Positions 45,865 to 57,403 of a stretch of 64,000 nt of DNA are shown here, piece by piece. Positions within the stretch are counted from its first letter, which is position 1; each line of letters opens with the position of its first letter. The DNA comes from Prasinococcaceae sp. CCMP 1430 (lineage: Eukaryota; Plantae; Prasinodermophyta): contig RQSC01000757.1 of assembly GCA_013416795.1 (NCBI GenBank), positions 35,367-99,366 on the forward strand, written 5' to 3'. The notes below the pieces were generated by a model, which was given only the letters and a program-made list of their open reading frames with translations, was not told the DNA's origin and searched no databases. Position numbers and translations under genes: made by a program.

Positions 45865-46443
45865 GTGGCTGGAGGCGTCAATGCCAAGCGCGCGCGCAAG
45901 CGCAGCGCAGTCGTGGGACTGGCGCGCTCGCCTGCAGCTGTCGTGAGCCATGTGCTCGCCGACGTGTCCCCTGTGCTCGCGGTCAACTCCACCAGCAAGT
46001 TGTACACGCCCGCAGAACTCCTCTCTCCCCCCTCCTCGCCCATCAGCACCGCCGCGGGCAAGGCGCGAGCAGGTTCCGGATCCGGCGGCGGTGCCGCCGG
46101 CGGCAGCGAGGGCGTGCATGCGACCGCCGACGCTTACGCCGGCATCTCCACTATGCTTACGATCTTTGCAATGGTCATGTGCTGCGCGACATTGGGCGTG
46201 GCCGCTGGCGCGTTGATCGAACACAGCGGCCTCAACCTCAGCCTCTTCTACGGGGGCATCAGCGAGAGCGCCGCGACGGCGTGCGCCGCTGCTGGCGCGT
46301 ACGTCGCGGCCGCGTACGCGTACGCAAGAAACAGCATAGCTCGGCGGGCGGACTTCTTTTGTGAGGTGCTCTGCCCGTACTCGGACAGCTGGCAGGAGAT
46401 GGACAGGGTGCACGCGACCATGTGGCGCCAGTGCGGCTGTTGA
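45865..46443 (+). CDS. Hypothetical membrane protein with one or two TM segments; start uncertain
   Basis: ORF with hydrophobic MLTIFAMVMCCATLGVAAGALI; the frame is open further upstream with no ATG. Confidence 0.4.
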   Translation: MAGGVNAKRARKRSAVVGLARSPAAVVSHVLADVSPVLAVNSTSKLYTPAELLSPPSSPISTAAGKARAGSGSGGGAAGGSEGVHATADAYAGISTMLTIFAMVMCCATLGVAAGALIEHSGLNLSLFYGGISESAATACAAAGAYVAAAYAYARNSIARRADFFCEVLCPYSDSWQEMDRVHATMWRQCGC

Positions 46444-46678
46444 CGCCAGCAAGACGGACCCGCACCCGCGGCCGCCAGCGAGCGAGCCGCCCATTGTACT
46501 AATATTCCGACGCATGGACCGCAGACTGCGCAAACGGACGCCGCCGCACACACACGCACGCGCGTGTGCATACTTCGCGTGTACAATAACATATGGAGAC
46601 GCTGTCAATTATCGAGCATATGTCGCGCATGCCGCCGGCCACGCGCCGCAGAATCCGTCCTCGATCCTCACACTCGCG

Positions 46679-49637
46679 TCAGTGCATGTCCGATGCGTAA
46701 GCAGTCGGCTTGAGCGTCGACCTGTCCCTGTCACCGGCACCGCCGAGCGAGCCGCGCGTGATGCCCTGTGCGCGTCCACTGCCATCACGCACGCCCTCCA
46801 GCGCGTGCCAAAGCTCGTCCTCGTCAAGGTCGCCCATGAGCAGTCCCCTGAAGCCTTCCAGGATCATTCTGGTGTCCGCGGGCGACTCGTCGACGAGCTC
46901 AATGCGCAGGCTGCCAAAACCCGCATCGGCGAGTGCGCGCGCGTCGCGCGCACCGCTCTGCGCCTTGGCGCTGAACACCGTGTTTCTGCAGCCCTGGTCG
47001 GCGAGCACCAGGTGCTCGAGGCCCGTGTCGTCGCGAATGCGCACGCTGTGCCGCTCGCAGGGCTCGCCGCAATTAGATCGATTGTCGCCGTCGGACAAGA
47101 AGCGACAGAACACGCAGTGCTCCGTGTGGAAGACCGGCAGGTGCTGCCACACCACCGCCTCGAGAGCGATGGCACCATCGCCCAGGGCGTGCGCCACGCC
47201 GCGCAGCTGCTGCGCACTCAGGTCGTGCGTGAGGCACAGGCGGTCGAGGTTGCCGCGCGTGAGCATCTGCCCGGCACTGATCGCGTTGGCGGCGTTCAGT
47301 GAGAAGTCCCCGTGCAGCCGCGGGATGCGCAGCGCGGGGCCAGCTCCGCCATCGCCACCGCTTCCGTTCTCTTGCAGCGTGGCCCCCGCACCTCCCAGCT
47401 CCACGAGCGTTTGCAAGAGTCCCGCAGAGCGTACCAGGAGCGCGTCGGGCTGCAGCCGGACGTAGAAGCGCCACAAATGCTCCTCCCGCGGCTTGATCAC
47501 TCGCGGCGTGGCCACACACACACGCTTGCCAGCGTCTCGCACAGCAGCGACCGTTTCGCTCAGGCCGTGCACTTCGAGAAAGTCGAGGCAGATCTCATGC
47601 ACCCAAGGAAGAGCGCTGGCAGCGATCGCCTGCTCATGCGTGCGGCAGAGCACAGTGAGCGCCGGCGCGTCGACGCGGCCCACGTGCGAGCTCGATGCGG
47701 CCTGAGCGCCCTCGTCGCCACCAGCGAGATGCGCGCTGGTCCTCATCGCATCCATGGCAGCCTCAGTCACCATTGCGGAGGCTTCGCCCGGCGGAGCAGC
47801 CGCCGTGACACCAGCGGTAACGCGGCTCGTTTCCGCAGCCTCCAGCGCCTCCACCAGCGCACGCGAAGCCTCGCGCCGGACGGATTTGAGCTCCTTCGCG
47901 GGAAGAAAGAGCATGTCGGCATCGGCGACCCCAGCCCCATCAGCATCGTCTGTATCTCTCAGCAGCCCCACCACCTCGGACAAATCCACGCCACCTTCCA
48001 CGAGCGTCAGTGTCGTCGCGCCGAGCGCACCGATTGCGCTCTTGAGCTTGCCCTCGCTCAGTGCAGCTTTCGGGGATTGCGCCGATTGCAGCGGGCTCGA
48101 TGTGCTCGCTGTCGAGCTGATGCCGGTACGCTCGTCGACGTAAGTGATGCGTAGGGGTTCACCCACTACGCCGGCGGCGCGCGCTTGCACTGCGCGCCCA
48201 CCTACGGCGCCGCGGCCGCTCTCCGATGCCAGCTTGCGCAGCTCCTTGGTGAGCACCACGTCCGATGTGCACCACACCAGATCGCCGGGACTCACTCTCG
48301 AGCCATCCACTGCACCGCGTCCGAATTCGAGCGTGACCTGCTTTCCCTCCTTGCCCTGCTCGTACACCCCGTACAGCGCGCCGCCCTCCTCATCGGCGGT
48401 GGCCGCCTGCCCGCCCGCCGCGATGACCACCCCGTCGCCCGCGCGCGGCACACGCGCGCCCTCGGCGACGCGCACGTCCAGCCGTACACTCGCGCCCTTT
48501 GAGACACGCGCGACCGTGCCAACGAGGGAGCCTCTGTGCCTCGGCGCGACCCCTCGCACCAGGCGCTGATGCTTGCTGCCCTCGAGGAAGCCCGGCGTGA
48601 GGCCGCGGTGCTCCGCATCCTGGCCGCGGGCGAAGGTCTGCTCAAGCGCGCGCCAGCGCTCGCGCGGCAGCGGCGCGCGCGCTGCCAGCAGCGTGTCGAA
48701 GCCCGCAACAGCCGAGGCAGTGAGCTCGCCCGAACGCAGCTGGACGCTGGCGGTGTGCCCTGCCGCCGGCCGCGAGTCCTCGGGCGCCTCGACGGCGCCG
48801 CTGCGCACCAGCTCCTCCCAGGCGCTGTCGACGGCCTCCCTGTAGGTCCTGGTCGTGAGGGCGACGTACTCCGGGCCTTTGAGCCTGCCCTCGATCTTCA
48901 GACACGTGACGCCAGCGGCAATGAGAGCCGGCACGTGCTCGGCGCCCGCTAGGTCCTGCGGCGAGAGCAGGTACGAGCGGTCGGCCGACATGTCCAGCTG
49001 GCCGTCGACGACCAGGCCGTACGGCAGTCGGCACGCCTGCGCGCACTGTCCCCTGTTGGCGCTCCTCCCGCCCCATGCCTCGCTGCTGAAGCACTGGCCC
49101 GAGTAGCTCACGCAGAGCGCGCCGTGCACGAACGCTTCCACCTCTGCGCCGGTGCCTGCGGCGGTGCGCGCGATTTCCTCCACGGAGAGCTCTCGCCCGA
49201 CCACGACGCGGTGGCAGCCGAGCGCCTCGGCGAAGCGCGCGCCCGCGCCGCTCGCGACGCTCATCTGCGTCGAACCGTGCAGGGCGACCGAGGGCGCCAC
49301 GCGCGCGGCGAGTGCCGCCGCGCCCACGTCCTGCACGATGAACGCATCCACGCCCGCCGCAGCCGCGGCGCGCATGAGCTCCTCTGCGTCGGCGAGCTCC
49401 TCGTCAAACACGAGCACGTTGAGCGTCACGAAGCCGCGCACGCCCCTGGCGTGCACGTACTCCATCACCGCCGGCAGCTCCTCGAGCGAGAAGTTTGTCG
49501 CGCGCGCGCGCGCGTTCAGGCGGTCAAGGCCAAAGTACACCGCATCGGCGCCGTTGGCGCACGCCGCCTCGAGCTGCGCCCAGCCGCCCGCGGGCGCCAG
49601 CACCTCGGGGCGCCGCACCGCGCGCGGCGCCGCGGCA
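46679..49637 (-). CDS. Peptidase U32 family, long form (RlhA/YdcP-like putative Fe-S RNA hydroxylase); 5' end in the gap
   Basis: PEVLAPAG, GADAVYFG, HGSTQMS, FVHGALCVSYSGQC..SANRGQCAQACRLPY (four-Cys cluster motif), LKIEGRLKGPEYV, and a second degenerate U32 barrel ending ADQGCRNTVF. Confidence 0.9.
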
Positions 49638-50163
49638 NNNNNNNNNNNNNNNNNNNNNNNNNNNNNNNNNNNNNNNNNNNNNNNNNNNNNNNNNNNNNNN
49701 NNNNNNNNNNNNNNNNNNNNNNNNNNNNNNNNNNNNNNNNNNNNNNNNNNNNNNNNNNNNNNNNNNNNNNNNNNNNNNNNNNNNNNNNNNNNNNNNNNNN
49801 NNNNNNNNNNNNNNNNNNNNNNNNNNNNNNNNNNNNNNNNNNNNNNNNNNNNNNNNNNNNNNNNNNNNNNNNNNNNNNNNNNNNNNNNNNNNNNNNNNNN
49901 NNNNNNNNNNNNNNNNNNNNNNNNNNNNNNNNNNNNNNNNNNNNNNNNNNNNNNNNNNNNNNNNNNNNNNNNNNNNNNNNNNNNNNNNNNNNNNNNNNNN
50001 NNNNNNNNNNNNNNNNNNNNNNNNNNNNNNNNNNNNNNNNNNNNNNNNNNNNNNNNNNNNNNNNNNNNNNNNNNNNNNNNNNNNNNNNNNNNNNNNNNNN
50101 NNNNNNNNNNNNNNNNNNNNNNNNNNNNNNNNNNNNNNNNNNNNNNNNNNNNNNNNNNNNNNN

Positions 50164-50766
50164 GGCGCGCCGCGGCGGCCGCCGCGTCGGAGCTGCGCAC
50201 GGTGGCCGACACCGCTGGAGCGGTGCTGCTGCTCGAGGGCGTCGCGCTGCGCGCGGGCGCGGCCGAGCTGCTGTCGGGAGCCAGCCTTCGCGTCACCAAG
50301 GGGCAGCACTACGCCATCGTGGGGCCTAACGGAGCGGGCAAGAGCACGCTCCTGAACGCAATCGCGGGCACCAACGACGCGCAGACCGACGGCAGCATCA
50401 AGCTGCACCCGAGCGCGCGCATGGCCTTCCTGCGGCAGACGGCCGTCGCCGGCTCGACGGCGACGGTGATCGACGAGGCGAACTCGCTGTCGCCCGTCGC
50501 CGCCGCCACGCAGCGCGTGCGCGCCGCCGAGGCGGCGCTCGAGGCGGCGAGCGAGGACAAGGCGATGGAGGCGGCCACGGAGGCCGCGGAGGCGTACGAG
50601 GCGCTGGAGGCCCTCGGCGGCGAGGAGGCGGGCGAGGCGCGCGCCGCGCGCGTGCTCAAGGGGTTGGGCTTCTCTGACGCCGACCTCCAGCGCGGCTGCG
50701 ACACCTTCAGCGGCGGCTGGCAGATGCGCATCGGCCTCGCAAAGGTGCTGCTCCAAGAGGCCGACC

Positions 50767-50803
<37 letters not shown>

Positions 50804-52313
50804 TGCGGCCAAGGCCTGGCTGGCCCAGTACCTGCGCGACTACGACAACGCCTTCGTCCTCGTGTCACACGACGCGCCGCTCATGGACGTGGCCTGCACG
50901 CACGTGGCGGAGGTGTCGCAGAAGCGGCTCACGGCGTACGCCGGCGGCTGGACGGCCTTCCAGACGCTGCGCGCGGAGAAGATGAACAACGACCGCGCCG
51001 AGCTCGAAAAGCTCGACAAGGAGGCCGCCGACCTCGAGGGATTCATCCGCCGCTTCGGCGCCAAGGCCACCATGGCGGCACAGGCCAATTCGCGCAAGCT
51101 TCGGCTCGAGAAACTCAACGTGCGCCGCGACGAGCTGCGAGCCGTGGTGGCGTCCGACCGTCAGGCGGCCATCGCGTCGGAAGCGGCCGAGGCGGCCAAG
51201 GAGGACGGCGACGACGCCGAGGCGTCGCTCGCGCTGGTGGGTTCCAACCGCATGGGCGTCAAGCTGCACCGCCCGCCGCGCTCCATGCGCGAGCAGCTGG
51301 TCGTCAAGAACGCGGCGATCGGTCACGCGGGCGGGCCGGGCGCGTCGGCCGAGGACGCCGTGCTGCGCGACGTGAGCTTCACGCTCGAACGGCACATGCG
51401 CGTGGCCGTGCTGGGCCCCAACGGCGCTGGCAAGTCCACTCTCCTCCACAGCCTGGCTGGGCGGCTTCCACTGCACGGCGGCAGCACCAGCAGGGGCGAG
51501 GGCGCGGAGATAGGGCTCTTCACGCAGGACCTCGCGCAGGATTTGCCCATGGAGGAGTGCGCGGCCGACTACGTTCTGGGCTGCATGCCGGTGGGCGCGC
51601 TGACGTACCAGGAGGCGCGCAACGCGTGCGGCGGCCTCGGCCTGGCAGGCGACTCGGCGAGCAGGCCGCTCAACCAGCTGAGCGGCGGTGAGAAGGCGCG
51701 CGCGGCGCTGGCGGCGTTCGTCGTGACGCCGCACACCACTTGCCTCTTCGATGAGCCGAGCAACCATCTCGACCCGCCCGCCATCGAGGCGCTCGCCAAG
51801 GGCCTGTACGACTACGGTGAGGCGGGGGGGTGCGTCGTGGTGTCGAGCCACGCGGAGGCGTTCATGCGCGCGCTTCAGCCCACGCACGTGCTGCGAGTGG
51901 GGAACGGCACGGCCACGCTCACCCGCGCCCCCCCCGCGGACCACGAGTGGCCGTCCGCGAGCGCTGGCGAGATGACCAAGCGCGTGGACGCCCCACCCGC
52001 GCCCTTGAAGCGGGGAGGCAAGGTCACGAAGGCGGATGCGGAGGCCGCCGCCCCCCGCGACGACCCGCCGGCGGCGCCCGCACTCGACGCCAAGGAGGCG
52101 AAGAAGGCGCGCAACAGACTCCAGACCGTGACGAAGAGGATGGCGGCCCTCGAGACGAAGATCGCCGCCCTCGACGAGGAGATGGCCGCCATGGGCTCCG
52201 ACGTGGGCGCCATCGCCGAGGTGTCCGCCGCGCAGGAGGCCGCCAGGGCGGAGCTCGCTGAGCTCGAGGAGGAGTGGTTCGAGCTCGAGGAGAGGCTCGC
52301 CGTCGCCGCCTGA
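50164..52313 (+). CDS. Soluble ABC-F ATPase (Uup/YheS-like) with C-terminal coiled coil; 5' end in the gap
   Basis: Two NBDs: GPNGAGKST/FSGGWQMR/LLLDEPTNHLD and GPNGAGKST/LSGGEKAR/FDEPSNHLD. Inter-ABC linker, no TM segments, helical CTD ending EEEWFELEERL. Confidence 0.93.
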
Positions 52314-52324
52314 GCGCCCGCCCT

Positions 52325-52329
52325 TGTAA
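52325..52329 (+). terminator. TGTAA, the chlorophyte-type polyadenylation signal, downstream of the ABC-F stop
   Basis: Starts 12 nt after the stop; UGUAA is the established chlorophyte signal. Confidence 0.4.
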
Positions 52330-52431
52330 AGTAGCAATTGCGCAGAGTACCGCGCGCGCGCGCAGGCCCCACAGCGTCCACTGGTCGCCGAGCTCACCTC
52401 TGGCACCGGCACCATCCGATTCTGAATGCAG

Positions 52432-52455
52432 TTAGGGTTTAGAGTTTAGGGTTTA
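52432..52455 (+). repeat. Short interstitial plant-type telomeric repeat / telo-box cluster (TTAGGGTTTAGAGTTTAGGGTTTA)
   Basis: About three TTTAGGG units with one mismatch; the opposite-strand variant CTCTAAACCCCAAAC lies near 52485-52500. Confidence 0.7.
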
Positions 52456-52689
52456 CTCACTGTTGGATGAGATGACAGAAACTCTCTAAACCCCAAACAC
52501 AAACGAGCATCTGTGCGTTGCGAATTGCGAGTGCTTTTTGATGGGGCGCTGCGATGCCAACGTGGCGGGAGGAGGGCGTGTGGGGAGCGGTCCCACACGT
52601 GCCCAGGGGCGCGGCGCCTCCTCCCCTCCCCGTCGCCCCTCGCCTCCCTCGTAGGGGAGGGCCGCGGGGTCACTCGAGGAGGAGCCGCC

Positions 52690-55600
52690 ATGCAGTGGCT
52701 GCGCGAGTGGCGGCGAGCGCGCGGCGGCGCGGGCGGCCGCGGCGAGCGCCGGGGGGGCGTTGGCTGCGGCGCCGTTGCGATGAGCGCCGCGGCGCTCGAC
52801 GACCTGCTCGCGCGCGCGGGCGCGATGGATGCAGCGGCACTGCCTGTCGCCGCCGCCGCGCCAACGCCGCGCCGGAAGCACGCAGACGCAGACGCAGGGC
52901 CGCTACGCTTTGTGCTCAACGGCAAAGTCGTGACGGTCGATAAGCCGTCGCCTGGGATGACGCTCGCGCGTTATCTGCGCGACGAGCTCGGCCTCACCGG
53001 CACCAAGCTCTCCTGCCACGAGGTCCGCGTGGCGAGCGGCGCGCGCGTGAATGAGCGCCGAGAGCGAATGCGGCGCGCGTGCTGACCAGCGGCACTGCCT
53101 GCCACCATTCCCGCCTGGGCTCGCGCGCGTGCGCGCACACGCAGGGTGGCTGCGGCGCGTGCACCGTGCTGCTGCGTCGCGCACCGAGCGCCGGATGGGT
53201 CGCCATCAACGCGTGTCTGCGCCCTCTGTGCTCCGTGTCGGGCCAGGAGGTGGTCACCGCCGAGGGCCTCGGCGGCGGCAGTCGCGCGCTGCACCCCGCG
53301 CAGGCTGCGCTCGCCGACGGCTGCGGCTCCCAGTGTGGCTTCTGCTCGCCCGGGATGGTGGCAAGCTTGGTCGCGCTCGCCGACGCGCGCGCGCGCAAAA
53401 GCCGCGGCGGCGCGAGCGCGAACGATGTGCCCGCCAATGCGGCCGCCGAGGTGGAGATGGCCATCAGCGGCAATATCTGCCGGTGCACTGGCTATCGCCC
53501 CATCGTCGACGCCTTCGTTGGACAGCTCGAAGGGGGCGGCTCTGGGACGGCTGCATGCGCTGTGTCGCCGCTCGGGGACATCGAGGACGCTTGCGCCGCC
53601 GCTGCCAACTGCGCACGCGCGCGCGCGCGCGCGGCTGGCGGCGCGACGGGCACCGCCGCCGAGAAGTCGTCGGTGGCTGTGACCGCAGGAACGGCCAGGG
53701 GCAGTGCGCCTTTTTCCTGCGCGGGATGGACGGCCGCAAGTTCGCTTGCCGATGCGCTCGCCGCATTGCGCTCCACGCCGAACGCCGAGGTCGTTGCGGG
53801 CAACACCGCGCGGCGTGGGGTGGAGAAGTACTACATACCTGGCGGAGCGCCCCCTCCGGAGCCGCCACTGCTCGTGGATGTGCAGGCGGTGGCGGAGATG
53901 CGCGGCGTGGGCATGACAGCGGGAGCGAGCGCTGGCCCGGGCTCGGGGGCTCGGTCCGGTGCCCGCACGCTGCGCGTCGGAGCGGCGGCCACGCTCGAGG
54001 AGGTGCGCGAGGCGCTTGTGGCCAACGCGGTGGAGTCTCCCTCTCTTTTCGGAGAGGCGGCGGCGATGCTGCTGCGCGTCGCCACGCCGCAGGTGAGGTC
54101 GGTAGGCACGGTGGGGGGATCCGTCGCCTTCGCGCGCGCTCACGCGGCCTTCCCCTCGGACGTTGCCCTGCTGCTCATTGCTGCGCGCGCGACGGTTCGC
54201 GCTGCCGACGTGGCGAGTGGCGCCGTCTTCACTCTCAGCGTCGAGGAGTACCTCGCCGGGGACGATGCCGGCAAGAGGCTGTTGCTGGTGAGCTTCGACC
54301 TCCCCGTCGAGAGCGAGGGCACCTCCGTCGTGCTGCAAAAAGTGGCAAAGAGGTCGCACAATGCCCACTCTCTTGCGAGCCTCGCGTTGCGCCTGGAGCC
54401 AGGCACCGCGCCGCTGGTGGCAGTGGGAGGCGTGAGCAACGTGGAGGTAGCGGGCGCGGCGATCGTGCGCTGCGCGCGCGCAGAGGCGGCGCTTTCGGGG
54501 TCGTCGCTCGGCAATGAGTCGACGCTCCTTGCCTTCCTGGCCGCGCTGCAGAGCGACCTCTCAGCGGCGGGAGGGTCACAGGCGCGTTTGGCGCTCGCTT
54601 CGGGCGTGGCTTACCGAGCCTACCTCAGGACGCTGCCTGAAGCTTCACTGCCGCCGCGACTTGCCACAGCAGCTCGCCCGCCCGAACGCGAGCCGGGGCG
54701 CGGTGCCGTCGAGTGGACGGGCGCCACCGACCCGGCGGCAGCGCCCGTCGGTCTGCCCATGCCGAAGCTGACCGCGCGACTCCAGACAAGCGGCAGGGCG
54801 ATCTACGGCTGCGACGAGCCGATGGCAGCTGGCGGCCTGTTCGGTGCGCTTGTGTTGAGCCCCGTCGCGAGCGCCGACCTGACCGGCGTGGACGCGTCCG
54901 TCGCGCTCGCCGCGGAGGGCGTTGTGGCATTTTTCGACGCCGATGCAATCGGGAAAATGGGGTATGCCAACACAGTGGGCGGCAGCGAGCCGCTGTTCGC
55001 TGCGAAGAATCTGTGCTACGCCGGCCAGCCAGTCGGCATCATTGTCGCGACGAGCTACGAAGCTGCTCGTGCGGCCGCAGCCGCCACGGTGGTGACATAC
55101 ACGAACGACAGGCCACCCGTGCTCACCTTCGACGACGCGGCGGCCGCGAAGTCGTATTTCGACCTGCCCGAGGCCGAGCGCAGCGCGAGCGTCGGCGATA
55201 CTGCCGCTGCCCTCGCGGCGGCCGACGTTGTCGTGGAAGGCGTCGCCGAAATTGGCGGGCAGGCACATTTTTACATGGAGCAACAGAACGCGACCGCGTC
55301 GCCTACCGAAGGCGGCGGCATCGAGCTGGTGTGTTCTACGCAGAGCGCCAACCAAACCTCCAGCGTGGTGGCCACCGCGCTCCAGAAGTCACCCGCGCAG
55401 GTCCGCACGTCGGTGCGCCGCGTCGGGGGAGCCTACGGCGGCAAGATCACTCGCAATAACGCCGTCGCCTGCGCAGCTGCGGTGGCGGCCGACACTCTCG
55501 GGCGAGCCGTCCGTGTGGAGATGGAGCTGCGTGACAACATGGCCGCGCTGGGGAGCCGACGCCCGCACCGCATGGAATACAAGCTCGGACTTACAAAGGG

Positions 55601-56975
55601 CGGTGTGCTGCAGGCCGTGGAGATGAAGGTCACGATGCTGCAGGGCGCCTTCTCCGACTCGACCGACGGCACGCCACTTGACGTCCTGCTCAGCTACGAC
55701 GCCGCCTACCGCTGCCCAAACTGGAAATTCGACGGGCAGGTGGCGCGCACCAACTGCCCCGCCAACACGTACGCGCGTGCCCCCGGCTACCTGCCTGGCA
55801 TGCTCCTCCTGGAGAATGCGCTCGACCACGCGGCGCGCGAGCTCGGGCTGGCGCCCGAGGCGCTGCGTGCGGCCAACTGGTACAAAGCGGGGGACGTCTC
55901 GCCGCGCGGACAAACAATGCCCACGTGCACCATCGATAGGTGCTGGGCGCTCCTGCTCGACAAGATCGGCGGGCTCCAGGCGCGACGCGCGGCGGTGCGC
56001 GACTTCAACGCGAGCTCGAAGTGGGTGAAGCGAGGCTTGGCGGCAGTGCCCATGCGGTACACCATTGCCTGGCAGGGAGCCGTCCGCGTAGCCTTGGTCA
56101 GAATCGAGAGCGACGGCAAGATCGTGGTCGAGCATTCGGGCATCGAGTGCGGCCAGGGCATAAATACGGTCGCCGCGCAGGTGGCGGCGCTCGAGCTTGG
56201 CGTCCACGTCGACGACGTCTTGGTCGCTCCGACCACGACCGACGGTGCGGCCGTGCCTGGGGCTGCTGGGACAGGGGGATCAATCACGACCGAACAGTGC
56301 GGGGAGGTGGTCAAGATGGCCTCCAGCACGCTCGCGAAGCGCCTCGCGCCCTACGTCGCAGCGCAGCCCAATTTCGCCAGGGCGGTCGAGGCGGCCTTCG
56401 CTGACGGCGTGGACATGCAGGCGCGCGCGCGCTTCCGGCCGGGAAAGTCTGCGCTCGGCCCAAACCAGTACGCTAGCTACGGTGCGGCGTATCTGGAGGT
56501 AGAGCTGGACGTCCTGAGTGGCGTCGCGCGGCCGCTTGACGCTGAATGCGTGATCGATTGCGGGAACGCCCTGAATCCGGACATGGCGTGCGGGCAGGTC
56601 CAGGGCGGCTTTGTCATGGCGCTAGGCTACATTTTCGGCGGCGAGGACATCAGCTTCGACGCGGCCAGCGGCGCGAACGCCTCGGCTGGGACCTGGGAGT
56701 ACAAGCCCCCTCTAGCGTTGGACATGCCCGAGCGCTTCAACGTGACGCTCCTGCCGCACGCGCCGTGTGCGACGGGTTTCCTCCGCTCCAAGGCGGTGGG
56801 CGAGCCGCCGCTGCTCCTCGGAGGATGCGCCATGCTCGCGCTCAAGGATGCCGTCGCGGCCGCGCGCGCCGAGGTGGGCGCCGACACGAAGGGCTTTGCG
56901 CTGCGCGCCCCCGCGCCGCCCGAGGTCCTGCAGGCTGCGTGCGCCGCCGACTACGGCGACTACACGCTCTCGTAG
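52690..56975 (+). CDS. Aldehyde oxidase-like molybdo-flavoenzyme (XDH/AO family); intron 53023-53144; alternative start 52780
   Basis: 2Fe-2S motifs GTKLSCHE|GGCGACTV, QCGFCSPG and GNICRCTGYRPI; FAD domain; Moco domain GGQAHFYME, GGAYGGK, RAPG, GQVQGGF, SKAVGEPPL. Confidence 0.93.
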
Positions 56976-57403
56976 CGTGTGGCTTATGTGCAGTATATGG
57001 ACTGTGTACAGTACAGTACTATGAATGAAATGGAGCTTCTCTTATCAAGTGGGTGTCGTGCAGCAAAGTTTTCGTTCGCGCCGACTGTCGGCCACGCAGC
57101 CGCGCCCTCCGCGCGCCGCGCGTATTATAAAACGAGAGTGTCGCCCGCCCACCTCGATGGACTGAGGGCTACGCCCGGGTGTTCCGAGGTCGTTGAGCAC
57201 AACTTGAACGCGCGCATGGCTGTCCGCTCCGCCCTTGCAAGTAGCCGTGAAGTTGCACGCACGTGATCGTCGCGACAGGTATGCTGTACCTATCCGTGCA
57301 CACTGGGTCCAATCGGTACCAGGCAGACCCATCGCAACGGCGCAGGTGCGCGTTCCAGTTCGTCATGCACGCATGCGACTGCGATACTCTCCGTCGCTGC
57401 GCG

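Noticed and set aside
22740-56975. A purine-catabolism cluster (ureidoglycolate lyase plus XDH)
   Set aside because: The genes are about 29 kb apart and the molybdoenzyme lacks the XDH substrate residues.
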